DNA of 64,000 nucleotides, taken from the NCBI GenBank assembly GCA_964446535.1, contig CAYUOR010000003.1:14871-78870 (forward strand). The letters run 5' to 3'. This document shows positions 47,251-59,032 of the stretch, one piece after another. This DNA is from an uncultured Candidatus Saccharibacteria bacterium (lineage in GTDB: Bacteria > Patescibacteriota > Minisyncoccia > Phycocordibacterales > Zambryskibacteraceae). Within the stretch, counting starts at the first letter, position 1. Each line of letters begins with the position of its first letter. The notes under the pieces were generated by a model. That model saw only the letters and a program-made list of their open reading frames with translations. It was not told the origin of the DNA and searched no databases. Made by a program: the position numbers and the translations under genes.

Positions 47251-47892
47251 CTACCTCTTGCGCTTCTTCCACTTCTCTATTTCAGCGTGATCTCCAGAGA
47301 GTAGAATTCGCGGTACTTTATATGTCTTACTCTTATATTTAAACTCGGCCGGTCTTGTATAAACGTCTCTTGCGGCCGTGCGACGCTCCTCAAGAGAATC
47401 AAGATTGCCAAGTACTCCGGGAATACGCCTAGCGACAACATCCAATAAAATCATTCCGGCAAGCTCGCCCCCAGTCAGAACATAAGGTCCAACCGACAGG
47501 TCCTCTGTTTTAAACACCTTTTTTACGCGCGCATCTATGCCTTCGTAACGGCCACAAATTATTATCACGTCTTTTGATTTTTTGACGAGAGTGTCGGCAT
47601 AGTTGTTATTAAGTTGTTTGCCCGAAGGAGAGAGGAAAATAATTTTTGGATTTCTCTTGGCACGTTTCACTGCCGCCTCTACGGCGGAAATTACTGGTTC
47701 AGCCTGTATTACCATCCCCGGACCTCCAGCATAAGGTGGGCGGTCGATACGGCGCCACTTATCTCTGGCATAGTCACGAGGATTGTAGAAAGAGACGCGA
47801 ATCTTCTTGTCTTCCAGGGCGCGCTTCATTATCGACTCGCCCAAATAAGAGTCAAAAGCCTTGGGAAAAAGGGTAATAATATGGAAATGCAT
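47251..47892 (-). CDS. trmD: tRNA (guanine-N1) methyltransferase
   Basis: GGPGMV, CGRYEGID, VLTGGE. Confidence 0.96.
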   Translation of the reverse strand: MHFHIITLFPKAFDSYLGESIMKRALEDKKIRVSFYNPRDYARDKWRRIDRPPYAGGPGMVIQAEPVISAVEAAVKRAKRNPKIIFLSPSGKQLNNNYADTLVKKSKDVIIICGRYEGIDARVKKVFKTEDLSVGPYVLTGGELAGMILLDVVARRIPGVLGNLDSLEERRTAARDVYTRPAEFKYKSKTYKVPRILLSGDHAEIEKWKKRKR

Positions 47893-47899
47893 TAGAACT

Positions 47900-48229
47900 C
47901 TATAGATCGAGATCCTCCATCGCCTGCTCCAGTGTTTTAGAATTTGGCACAGTGGGTTCTCGTTTCGCAGCTGGACCAGCAGCGCCAGAGGGTTCGTTAA
48001 TTTTGAGATTAATACGAGAGTTATTCTTCATGCCGACTACGCGCAAAAGAATTCTGATTGCTTTGGCAGTGTTGCCCGAACGGCCGATAACCTTTCCCAT
48101 ATCTTCCGGGTGCACATCAAGAGTCATGAGAACCCCCATCTCATCCACCGTTCTTTTTATCTTCACGTCTTCAGGATGATTCACCAACCCCTTTACTATG
48201 TATTCAAGGAATCCGACGTCGTCTATCAT
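47900..48229 (-). CDS. khpA: KH domain RNA-binding protein
   Basis: DMGKVIGRSGNTAKAIR; lies between rpsP and trmD. Confidence 0.9.
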   Translation of the reverse strand: MIDDVGFLEYIVKGLVNHPEDVKIKRTVDEMGVLMTLDVHPEDMGKVIGRSGNTAKAIRILLRVVGMKNNSRINLKINEPSGAAGPAAKREPTVPNSKTLEQAMEDLDL

Positions 48230-48248
48230 ATTGTCTTTAAAAAATTAA

Positions 48249-48647
48249 TCAGACCGCTGCCTTATCTTCCGCCTTCTCCTCCGTCTTCTCTTCTATTGTA
48301 TCACTGGTCGGAGAAACCTCTTCCGCTTTAGGTATACTCGGCGACCCGCCCTCTGTCGGAGTCTCGCCCTGGGTCTTCTTAGAAACACTTGAAACATCAA
48401 TCTTTTTACCACGAATAACACCGTGTTTTATAAGCAGGTTGTTGACCGAAGGGGTGAAATTTACCCCTCTTGAGAGCCAGTGTTTTATGCGCTCGGTGCG
48501 CAGAAGGTCGGTTTGTTTCCTTGGATCATAAGAGCCGAGAACCTCCTTAACCCGACCGCTTTTGGTGCTGTTCTTGGCATCGGTCAAAACAAGCCTAAAA
48601 GACGGCTCGTGTACCCTGCCAACCCTCTGCAGTCTGATTTTTAGCAT
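48249..48647 (-). CDS. rpsP: 30S ribosomal protein S16
   Basis: MLKIRLQRVGR..LGSYDP. Confidence 0.95.
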   Translation of the reverse strand: MLKIRLQRVGRVHEPSFRLVLTDAKNSTKSGRVKEVLGSYDPRKQTDLLRTERIKHWLSRGVNFTPSVNNLLIKHGVIRGKKIDVSSVSKKTQGETPTEGGSPSIPKAEEVSPTSDTIEEKTEEKAEDKAAV

Positions 48648-48684
48648 TACGAAAGAGTAACAAAAAAGATAGGGTTAGTCAAAA

Positions 48685-49563
48685 CTAAAGAATCTTTTCA
48701 GCCTCAATAAATTCATCCAAATCGCCCGAGAGCACCTTGTCGATGTCACGAATTTCAACATCGGTCCGATGATCCTTAATCATTTTATAGGGGTGAAAAA
48801 CGTATGAACGAATCTGGTTCCCCCATTCTATCTGGGTGGTCTTAGAAATATACATACCTCTTTCCTTCGCCCTTCGTTCGTCTTCCAACTTTTTATACAG
48901 CTTCGCCTCAAGAAGTCGCAGAGCTTTTTCCCTGTTCTGAGCTTGAGAGCGCTCTGATTCAACGTGGGCAGAAAGATTGGTCGGAATGTGAACAAGGCGC
49001 ACAGCTGTTTCGCGCTTGTTTACGTTCTGTCCGCCGGGACCGCTCGAGCGAGAATACTCTGTTTTGATTTCCTCGGGAGGAATATCTACTTCCTCCTGTT
49101 TATCAAACTTAGGAATAACCTCGACCATGGAGAACGAAGTGTGCCTAAGTTTCTTGGCATTGAATGGAGAGATGCGCACAAGGCGGTGCACCCCAGACTC
49201 ATTTTTAAGCGTGCCATAAGCGCTTTTACCCCTAATTTCTAGCGTGATATTGCGATAGCCCCCATGGTCGTTTTCATTTTTGTGAATGATTGAGTAGCTG
49301 AAAGATTTTTTGTCAAAAAACTTTTGATACATTTCAAGAAGAATACGGGAAAAGTCCTCGGCATCATCCCCGCCGGCGCCAGAAAAAATCGTCATCACGG
49401 CATCCCCCTTATCAAATTTACCTAGGCCCTCGAGTTCATTTTTAAGAGATTCGTGTTCGCGCAGAGTTGCTTGGGCTTTTACTTTATCTGACCAGAAATC
49501 AGCGGCTGACATTTGCTGTTCTATCTCTTCTATTTTCTTTTTTATTTTCTCTTGATCGGTCAT
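48685..49563 (-). CDS. prfB: Peptide chain release factor 2 (short form)
   Basis: SPF specificity motif and GGQ; start taken at MTDQ because the track start lies inside a tRNA. Confidence 0.93.
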   Translation of the reverse strand: MTDQEKIKKKIEEIEQQMSAADFWSDKVKAQATLREHESLKNELEGLGKFDKGDAVMTIFSGAGGDDAEDFSRILLEMYQKFFDKKSFSYSIIHKNENDHGGYRNITLEIRGKSAYGTLKNESGVHRLVRISPFNAKKLRHTSFSMVEVIPKFDKQEEVDIPPEEIKTEYSRSSGPGGQNVNKRETAVRLVHIPTNLSAHVESERSQAQNREKALRLLEAKLYKKLEDERRAKERGMYISKTTQIEWGNQIRSYVFHPYKMIKDHRTDVEIRDIDKVLSGDLDEFIEAEKIL

Positions 49564-49569
49564 AAACGG

Positions 49570-49642
49570 AGCCACCTCCGAGGATCGAACTCGGGACCCC
49601 GGCTTTACGAAAGCCGTGCTCTACCAACTGAGCTAAGGTGGC
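49570..49642 (-). tRNA. tRNA-Thr(CGT)
   Basis: Cloverleaf; CGGCT-TT CGT AA-AGCCG; no encoded CCA. Confidence 0.95.
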
Positions 49643-49698
49643 GAGATTGAATAAGCTCAGCTGAAACTTTAGCAAAAAGAAACCCCTAAGAAAAGCTG

Positions 49699-50019
49699 TT
49701 AAACAAAGCGCTCTTTGAAAAAAGAAACAGTTTGAAGCGTTATATTCTTGACGAAGAGGGCCGCGGTTATGGCGGCAAGGATCAAAATTGTTTTAACCAT
49801 AATATCCGTTTGAGAAAATGCCGCTAGGAGATACTCGTAGAAATTCCCAGAAGCAAGCATGTTGGATACCACGCTCGGTACTGAGACAAAGACAAGAAGG
49901 ATAGCGCTAAAAATCAAAAACAGGATCACCTCCGCGATAAAGGGGCTTCGGAACTTGCGCGTTAAGTACGCAAGGTAAACACTAAACATAATTTTAGTTT
50001 TCATATTTAATATTTTCAT
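49699..50019 (-). CDS. Membrane protein, possible anti-sigma factor
   Basis: 2 TM helices; ATGA overlap with the ECF sigma gene. Confidence 0.65.
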   Translation of the reverse strand: MKILNMKTKIMFSVYLAYLTRKFRSPFIAEVILFLIFSAILLVFVSVPSVVSNMLASGNFYEYLLAAFSQTDIMVKTILILAAITAALFVKNITLQTVSFFKERFV

Positions 50020-50567
50020 GCCATCTGGAGCGCCACAACCCTGAACTGTTTTTTTGCCCTGTGTAGTCCGGAGCGAACAGCCGAAAGCGACATGCGCTCT
50101 ATTTCCGCTATCTCTTCGTAACTTTTTTCTTCAAAAAAGTAGAGTGAGAGAAGGCGTGCTAAGTGTTCGGGCAGGCGCGAGAGAACCGACTGGACGAAGG
50201 AGAGTTGTTCCCTGTCTTGCATAACTTCTGAGCCGACAAGGTCGAGTTCTGCGAAGTCTATGGCTCTCACGCGACTTGCGTCACGGGTCTTCTTGGTAGA
50301 GTGGGTGTAGCAAGTGTTAACAAGGATTCTATAAGCCCAGGAGCGGAAACTTGCCCCCTCCCGCTCGGAGAACTTGTGGGCGTACTTGTAGATTTTGATA
50401 AAAGTCTCCTGCACTGCGTCTTCAGCCGCATCGCGAGAGTGCAGGATGCTCTCACCTTTACGCAAGAAAGCCTCTTGGTGTCTATCTACAAGAATACCGA
50501 ACATCCAAGGCGCCTCTCGCGACTTTTCCAAAACTCGTGCGTCTGAAAGTTCCGGATCTCTTGCCAT
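50016..50567 (-). CDS. ECF sigma factor
   Basis: AEDAVQETFIK, FRSWAYRI, SYEEIAE..AVRSGLHRAK. Confidence 0.93.
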   Translation of the reverse strand: MARDPELSDARVLEKSREAPWMFGILVDRHQEAFLRKGESILHSRDAAEDAVQETFIKIYKYAHKFSEREGASFRSWAYRILVNTCYTHSTKKTRDASRVRAIDFAELDLVGSEVMQDREQLSFVQSVLSRLPEHLARLLSLYFFEEKSYEEIAEIERMSLSAVRSGLHRAKKQFRVVALQMA

Positions 50568-50673
50568 AAATAAGGGAACGGAGCGCGCTTAGGTTACGCT
50601 CCAGATTACTTTTAAAATGTTCCCTTCATCTATTATAACTCTTTTAATGTCAGAAAAGTTTCTGAGGAATCGG

Positions 50674-50746
50674 AGCCAAGACCGGGGATCGAACCCGGGA
50701 CCTCATCCTTACCATGGATGTGCTCTACCAACTGAGCTATCTTGGC
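50674..50746 (-). tRNA. tRNA-Thr(GGT)
   Basis: Cloverleaf; CATCC-AT GGT AA-GGATG; no encoded CCA. Confidence 0.95.
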
Positions 50747-50770
50747 GAAGTGGGTTTAATCTTATAAATT

Positions 50771-51190
50771 TTAGACCCTTTTGGCAAAATAATTTTCGAG
50801 CACCTCAATGACTCTGGTGCCGCCTTCCGAGAGGGTTTTCAGGTCGCTCTGACCTATCCAGCGAAAGGAGTTATGCTCACTGCTTAAGACCACCTCCCCT
50901 GATTTATATTTAGAAAGGTAGACAATCATAAAGATTTTTTTGTCGGCGTTTCTGTGCTCTTTGGCAAAACTTGATATCCAAGAGGCTGTAGGCGGACCCG
51001 CTTCTATTTCAAGATTCGTTTCTTCCCTAACCTCCCTCTTAAGAGCTTCAACATAATCAGTTTCGCCGACTTGAATTTTCCCTCCAGGCAAATCAAGGAT
51101 ATGACTCCCCGAGCGCGTTAGAACGAGAACTTTACCGTCTTTTTCAATAAGCGCCTTCTGTCCAACAAAAAATATTTCGTCATTATTCAT
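50771..51190 (-). CDS. NUDIX hydrolase
   Basis: LPGGKIQVGE..ALKREVREETNL. Confidence 0.92.
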   Translation of the reverse strand: MNNDEIFFVGQKALIEKDGKVLVLTRSGSHILDLPGGKIQVGETDYVEALKREVREETNLEIEAGPPTASWISSFAKEHRNADKKIFMIVYLSKYKSGEVVLSSEHNSFRWIGQSDLKTLSEGGTRVIEVLENYFAKRV

Positions 51191-51195
51191 TCGAG

Positions 51196-51269
51196 CGCGG
51201 CCAACCGGACTTGAACCGGCAACCTCTCCCGTGACAGGGGAGTGCTCTAACCAGTTGAGCTATGACCGC
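51196..51269 (-). tRNA. tRNA-Asp(GTC)
   Basis: Cloverleaf; CTCCC-CT GTC AC-GGGAG; no encoded CCA. Confidence 0.95.
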
Positions 51270-51319
51270 AGTGCACTCCAAAGTAGCAAATTTAAAGAGC
51301 TTTATCAATTTGGAATTTG

Positions 51320-51393
51320 TGTCGGCGGGAGGAATCGAACCTCCGACCTTGGGCTTATGAGTCCCACGCTCTAACCGACTGAGCTACGCCGAC
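51320..51393 (-). tRNA. tRNA with CAT anticodon (elongator Met likely; Ile2 not excluded)
   Basis: Cloverleaf with a paired G1:C72 and CT CAT AA loop. Confidence 0.88.
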
Positions 51394-51544
51394 TTGAACA
51401 AGTGAGGAACAGAGAAGAAGCTTGCTTATTCTCTGGTTCCGAACGCCGTTCAAGCAAATTGCGGAGCAATTTACTTAAGCGACGATTTTAAACTATATTA
51501 CGAAATCTTGATTTTCTCAAGAAATTTCGCTAGAATCCGCCTAT

Positions 51545-51618
51545 AGCGGGTTGGAGGAGTAGTACCTCGACAGGCTCATAACCTGTAGACATCCGTGCAA
51601 ATCGGGTACCCGCAACCA
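51545..51618 (+). tRNA. Initiator tRNA-fMet(CAT), non-canonical
   Basis: 1:72 mismatch, A11:U24, ACAGG-CT CAT AA-CCTGT, encoded CCA; atypical D and T loops. Confidence 0.82.
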
Positions 51619-51638
51619 TTCGACAAGCTCGTGGCGAG

Positions 51639-52304
51639 CTAGATTGCTCCAAATTCTCTAAAGACTTCTTCGAAAAGCGCGATAACTCGCTTGGTTTCGC
51701 GTTCTGTGATTTCAAATTCGCTACCAGAATGAGCAAGGGTGTTTCTTACCTTATGCGCTTCCCAGGCGGCGTCGATAGAAGAAAACTGATTTTTGTCTAT
51801 TGATTTAAGTATTTCCCCTACCGAATCTCCGGTATAACCGAGCGCCGCCAAAAGTTCTTCGAGCATCACGTCAGCTTCCATCACTGCCATCTTTCTGTCA
51901 GAAGAACTTTCCGAGTTTGCCAGGGAGAGAATTCTTTCCCATCTTGTATTTTTCGTCTCCAACACCTCTTCGCTAGTATCTACGCCCGCAAGCACTCCTG
52001 GATTAAAGATGGCCAGTTCGGCAAGGTTTATGGCCCGCAGTTTCCAGGCATTGTTAAGAATGCCGATAAAAAGAATGCCTGAAACTAGGGAGGCAATGAT
52101 TTTCCATTTGGGCCAGATGTGTTCGAGAAAATATTCGGCTAAATTACCGAAAATGGAACTGTCGATTGAGAAGCTGTCGAGATAATTTAGAACCGCAGTC
52201 ACTAGAGCACCGAGGAGAACAAGGCCAAGGATTAGGGCAGTTATTTCTTCAAATGCCTTTTTATCGAGTTCCGTGCCGGTTATTTCTTTCTTTTTCTCAG
52301 CCAT
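51639..52304 (-). CDS. Hypothetical membrane protein
   Basis: 2 TM helices; AVMEAD..AWEAHKVRNTLAH (RxxxxH). Confidence 0.8.
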   Translation of the reverse strand: MAEKKKEITGTELDKKAFEEITALILGLVLLGALVTAVLNYLDSFSIDSSIFGNLAEYFLEHIWPKWKIIASLVSGILFIGILNNAWKLRAINLAELAIFNPGVLAGVDTSEEVLETKNTRWERILSLANSESSSDRKMAVMEADVMLEELLAALGYTGDSVGEILKSIDKNQFSSIDAAWEAHKVRNTLAHSGSEFEITERETKRVIALFEEVFREFGAI

Positions 52305-52313
52305 ATTTATATT

Positions 52314-53729
52314 CTATTCTCCCAAAAATTCTTTACCAGCGACAAAAAGGTTATCTTCCCTACCAAGAGCGGCTGTTAATTCAATACCCAAGGGAAGTTT
52401 GCCGAGAAAACCTGAAGGTAGCGAGATGGAAGGTAGTCCCGCAATGTTGGCCGGCACGGTAAAAATGTCTGCCAAGTACATTGAGAGCGGATCTTTGGTT
52501 TTTTCTCCAAGCTTAAAGGCGGGTGTCGGAGTAGTCGGGGTAAGTATTAGGTCAACATCTTCAAACGCATTTGACAGCTCTTCGGTAATTATTTTTTTCA
52601 TCCTTAAGGCGCTGCCGTAATACTCATCGTAGTAACCTGACGAGAGTACATAAGTGCCAAGGATAATGCGCCGCTTCGGCTCGGGCCCGAATCCTTCGCC
52701 GCGTGTTTTGAAGTAATCTTCGACAACATTTTTACCTTCCTTATGAAACCCGTATTTAACTCCGTCAAAGCGAGCAAGATTAGATGACGCCTCGGCCGGC
52801 ATGATGATGTAATAGACGGCAAGCGAATATTTAAGATGCGGAAGTTTAAGATCTTTAATTTTATAGCCGAGAGCGCGAAACCTTTCTGTCGCCTCTTCAA
52901 AATTTTTCTTAACACCATCATCAATGCCCTCAATGTCCAAAAATTCGCGAGGTATCCCTATGGTCTTACCAAATTTTTTCTTCTTAGAGTAATCGGCGTC
53001 GGTAATAGTGGTGCTGTCGAGGCTGTCTTTCCCGGCTATCAGTTGGTATATAAGTTCGGCGTCTTCTACGGTTCTTGAAAGTGGGCCTATTTGATCAAGA
53101 GATGAAGCAAGAGCTATAAGACCCGAACGGGAAACTCTCCCGTAAGTCGGCTTTAGCCCGACTACGCCGCAGAAAGCTGCTGGTTGCCTGATAGATCCGC
53201 CCGTGTCGGAACCGAGCGCTACGGGCACGAAACCAGCCGCCACCGCAGCTGCCGAGCCGCCCGAGGATCCCCCAGGAACACGCGAAAGGTCGTAAGGATT
53301 TCTCGTCGGCCCAAAGGCAGAGTTTTCCGTAGAACTACCCATAGCAAATTCGTCCATGTTGGTGCGTCCGATTAAAACGGCACCCGCCTCTTTAAGGCTA
53401 GAAACAACTGTTGAATCGTAAGGAGAGACAAAGCCGTGAAGAATCTTTGAGGCAGCCGAAGCTTTTTTACCACGAATGAGGATGTTGTCTTTAACCGCGA
53501 TAGGAACACCGAGAAGCGGCAACCTTTCTCCTTTTGCAATTCTCTCATCGGCCCCTTCAGCCATTTTGATAGCGTCATCAAAGATTTCTAAAAAAGCGCC
53601 AACCTTCCCCGGATCTTCTTTCTTTATTTTCTCAATAAGACTATTTACCAGGTCACGGCTAGAAAACTCCTTCTTTAAAAGCGAGTTTCTAATTTCTTTT
53701 ACGGAGAGCCTGCTAAAATCTTTCATCAA
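52314..53729 (-). CDS. gatA: Asp/Glu-tRNA amidotransferase subunit A
   Basis: [22 protein letters not shown]. Confidence 0.97.
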   Translation of the reverse strand: MMKDFSRLSVKEIRNSLLKKEFSSRDLVNSLIEKIKKEDPGKVGAFLEIFDDAIKMAEGADERIAKGERLPLLGVPIAVKDNILIRGKKASAASKILHGFVSPYDSTVVSSLKEAGAVLIGRTNMDEFAMGSSTENSAFGPTRNPYDLSRVPGGSSGGSAAAVAAGFVPVALGSDTGGSIRQPAAFCGVVGLKPTYGRVSRSGLIALASSLDQIGPLSRTVEDAELIYQLIAGKDSLDSTTITDADYSKKKKFGKTIGIPREFLDIEGIDDGVKKNFEEATERFRALGYKIKDLKLPHLKYSLAVYYIIMPAEASSNLARFDGVKYGFHKEGKNVVEDYFKTRGEGFGPEPKRRIILGTYVLSSGYYDEYYGSALRMKKIITEELSNAFEDVDLILTPTTPTPAFKLGEKTKDPLSMYLADIFTVPANIAGLPSISLPSGFLGKLPLGIELTAALGREDNLFVAGKEFLGE

Positions 53730-54019
53730 AGAATTTTCTTAACCTTTATATAATTTTTTTCACGCACTGGAGCCTGTTCTAATACCGCTTCGGTATAAAT
53801 ACCCCCTTCGTGCGCCTCTTCATCAGGGCGTAAAACGTTTTTTGGTATAAAATCTTTGGCGTTTTTCTTTTCAGACCTTTTGGATTTTGCAGCAGCCGCC
53901 TTCACTTCTCCAACATAATTAAGAATGTTTTCGAATTCACCGGAAAGTTTTTCCGCGTCGTGTTCTTTGATCTCAATTCGTGCCAGTTGGGCAAGCCTCA
54001 ATATCCCTTCTTTATCCAT
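53726..54019 (-). CDS. gatC: Asp/Glu-tRNA amidotransferase subunit C
   Basis: [22 protein letters not shown]; directly upstream of gatA. Confidence 0.92.
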   Translation of the reverse strand: MDKEGILRLAQLARIEIKEHDAEKLSGEFENILNYVGEVKAAAAKSKRSEKKNAKDFIPKNVLRPDEEAHEGGIYTEAVLEQAPVREKNYIKVKKIL

Positions 54020-54025
54020 ACCCTG

Positions 54026-56501
<2,476 letters not shown>

Positions 56502-56505
<4 letters not shown>

Positions 56506-57050
56506 GGCCAGTTTAAAAGATTTTCTTGTGCTCTAAATTGTTTACTGGTCTGACCATGCACCCAGTCCACGGTAACGGTAACGGAAATTTCATTAGCATT
56601 AATTTGAGAGAGAATAATCTGACGCCTAAATTTGGTTGCATTCCAGGTTGGGTCATAGCCGTAGAAAAGATTGGTGCCGTCCTGGCGCAAGATCGGACAA
56701 GAGCCTGGTACGCCACACCTTATAGGTACTGCCGATAGAACCGGATCAACAGTGCAGACGTTTTGATTGGGGGCTATGCCGAAGTGACATGGGTCGTTGA
56801 CGTCCGCTGCAATACCGTAAAGCCAGTTGCGACCATTCAGCGCGTTTTCATCACGCATGTTTCTTATAAATTCAAACCCTTCTTGAGCGAGATAAAACGC
56901 AATTACCTGATCTCTGGAGAGCGTGTAGGAAGAGATGCCGGTTCTTATGGCGCTTGATATTCCGGTTATGGCAAGGATTAATATGGTAATAGCCACCAGA
57001 CTCTCGACGATGGTGAACCCGTTTTTACCCAGTTGTTTTTTGTAAATCAT
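56502..57050 (-). CDS. Minor pilin (PilV-like)
   Basis: G/FTIVESLVAI, AFYLAQEG.E. Confidence 0.85.
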
Positions 57051-57051
57051 A

Positions 57052-57606
57052 TTATCTGTCTATAACTCGTTGTGAGACAAGGGTTTGTAGGGCAAAACTT
57101 GTTACAGCTTTCCCCGCGGTGCCAACAGTTCCCCTGACAACAATCACTGTCTTTGGCTGTCTTGTGTCGGCCTGGGAAGATCCTAGGGTGTAGAAAGTTA
57201 GGCTTTGTATAACTATTTCCGAGCCCGTCACTCGTACAGGACTAGCACTACCCACAATTTTTTCTATTGATTGATTGGTGGTATTGCGGTTATAGGTAAT
57301 CTGACTACCGGTGCTCGAGAGAAAAGTGAAATATGAGTTACCGCTAGGACAATCCTGCGGCTGCGTTAGTGTGCCAGAACTGCCGCAGTGATACACCGAA
57401 CCAAAGCGGATTTCTCTAGACATGCTTTCTAGAGCAAGATTCAGGTTCGAAAGGGCGGTTTTAATGTTTTTTGATTTGGCATTGGAGTTAAAGACGCTAT
57501 AAATGGCTCCCATAGAAATAGTCATAACAGCGATGAAAACCGTTGTGGCGACTATCAGCTCTATTAGGGTGAAACCTTTATTAAGTTTTGAGTCTTGAGG
57601 CGTCAT
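57052..57606 (-). CDS. Minor pilin (PilW-like)
   Basis: KG/FTLIELIVA, MSREIR. Confidence 0.85.
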   Translation of the reverse strand: MTPQDSKLNKGFTLIELIVATTVFIAVMTISMGAIYSVFNSNAKSKNIKTALSNLNLALESMSREIRFGSVYHCGSSGTLTQPQDCPSGNSYFTFLSSTGSQITYNRNTTNQSIEKIVGSASPVRVTGSEIVIQSLTFYTLGSSQADTRQPKTVIVVRGTVGTAGKAVTSFALQTLVSQRVIDR

Positions 57607-57609
57607 AAA

Positions 57610-58251
57610 TTACTGCACAGAAATTTGGCCCGTTGTTAACACGGTAACGGAGGAGGTCGCGGTTGTACTAGGACTTCTAAAAATAATTCTCGCGCCAACC
57701 ATGTTTGGATTGGTAAACTCCGAACCGCCTGAGTTGAAGAATTTAATTTGCGCTTCGGTGTTTGGTCGATTAAAGGTTATGTCTATTCTTCTGGGAGTGC
57801 CCGGGGGACCGCAATCTAAGCTTACCGGATTTATAATCATACAAACTTCCTGTATATAAACACCGCGCAAAATATTTACCCGTTCAATACATTCGTTTGC
57901 TCCGCCTGTGACACAGCTCCAATCCCCATCATAAACATCATCCCCGTCTCTGTCGGCGAAATAAAGATAGACGGTGTTTGAGCCGCCACCCAAAAGACTA
58001 AAAGTAAGTCCGTATGAAGCAGAAAACTCGCCAGAGCCCGTAGAAAATTCCCGGACACCAGAGCCATACGCCTGTGCTTGAAAAATCCTTAAACTGACAT
58101 CGTCCGCAAGATTCCTCAGAACCAGTCTGTCATTGTATGTTGACTGACCTATAAGCAGGGTGCCGAGAATGATGGTTGCGATAGTAATGGCCACAATAAA
58201 CTCGGGGAGAGTAAAACCTCTAACTATTTTAGAGCGGAAAGACATTGGCAA
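57610..58251 (-). CDS. Minor pilin (FimT/FimU-like)
   Basis: RG/FTLPEFIVAI. Confidence 0.85.
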   Translation of the reverse strand: MPMSFRSKIVRGFTLPEFIVAITIATIILGTLLIGQSTYNDRLVLRNLADDVSLRIFQAQAYGSGVREFSTGSGEFSASYGLTFSLLGGGSNTVYLYFADRDGDDVYDGDWSCVTGGANECIERVNILRGVYIQEVCMIINPVSLDCGPPGTPRRIDITFNRPNTEAQIKFFNSGGSEFTNPNMVGARIIFRSPSTTATSSVTVLTTGQISVQ

Positions 58252-59002
58252 AGTTTAAGTGGAAGAATAATGCTATCCAGGCGCCCAAGACGATTGCGGG
58301 ACCAAACGGCACTTCGCTTTTCATTGTAAAACTTTTGCCGTTCTTTATAAAGCGAAGCTTGGTGACAATAAGAAGTACCAGCGCCGCCAGGGCGCCAAGC
58401 CAGAAAGCGAAAATTATCGCCGAAAATCCCTTGGCGGCGCCAAGAAGGAATCCAATCGAGAGTCCGAGCTTCGCGTCTCCGAAACCCATGGCGCGACCCT
58501 TGGAGAAAAGCCAGATTGAAGCAAAAAAGGCGAAAATAACGGGTCCCGCGAGCCAGTCCCAGAGCGGGTACTCAACAAGAAAGAGCGGCACGAGCAGACT
58601 AAGGCCGATAGAGGTATAAACGAGACCATCGGGAATAATCTTATGCCGAGCATCATAGATCGTGATAACAATGTAGATAGAAAAAACAGCCACCAAAACA
58701 AGATAATTGAAAAAGGATACAAGATCAGTTGGATCAATAATATAAAAAAGTGATGCGAAAATAAGGCCGGTCCAGGTTTCTACTATCGGGTACTGCCACG
58801 AGATTGGACTACGACAGGCAGAACACTTACCCCCGAGGATAATAAAGCTTAAAACGGGAATAAGCTCTGTCCAGCCAAGAGTTTTACCACAGTGAGGGCA
58901 AGCGGAGCGTCCACCGAAGTGTCTTGAGTCCCAGCGAAGCCCCACAACATTTAGAAAACTTCCGACAATAGTGCCTAAAACAAAAAGGATGACTAGAGTC
59001 AT
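58229..59002 (-). CDS. pilD: Prepilin peptidase
   Basis: GSFLNV, CPHC/CSAC, MGFGDAKL, PFGP. Confidence 0.95.
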   Translation of the reverse strand: MTLVILFVLGTIVGSFLNVVGLRWDSRHFGGRSACPHCGKTLGWTELIPVLSFIILGGKCSACRSPISWQYPIVETWTGLIFASLFYIIDPTDLVSFFNYLVLVAVFSIYIVITIYDARHKIIPDGLVYTSIGLSLLVPLFLVEYPLWDWLAGPVIFAFFASIWLFSKGRAMGFGDAKLGLSIGFLLGAAKGFSAIIFAFWLGALAALVLLIVTKLRFIKNGKSFTMKSEVPFGPAIVLGAWIALFFHLNFANVFPL

Positions 59003-59032
59003 CCTTTAAGTATATCAGAGGAGTTTCGAGGA

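Noticed and set aside
47893-48248. No rimM between khpA and trmD
   Set aside because: It may lie elsewhere or be lost in a reduced genome; this cannot be judged from the window.
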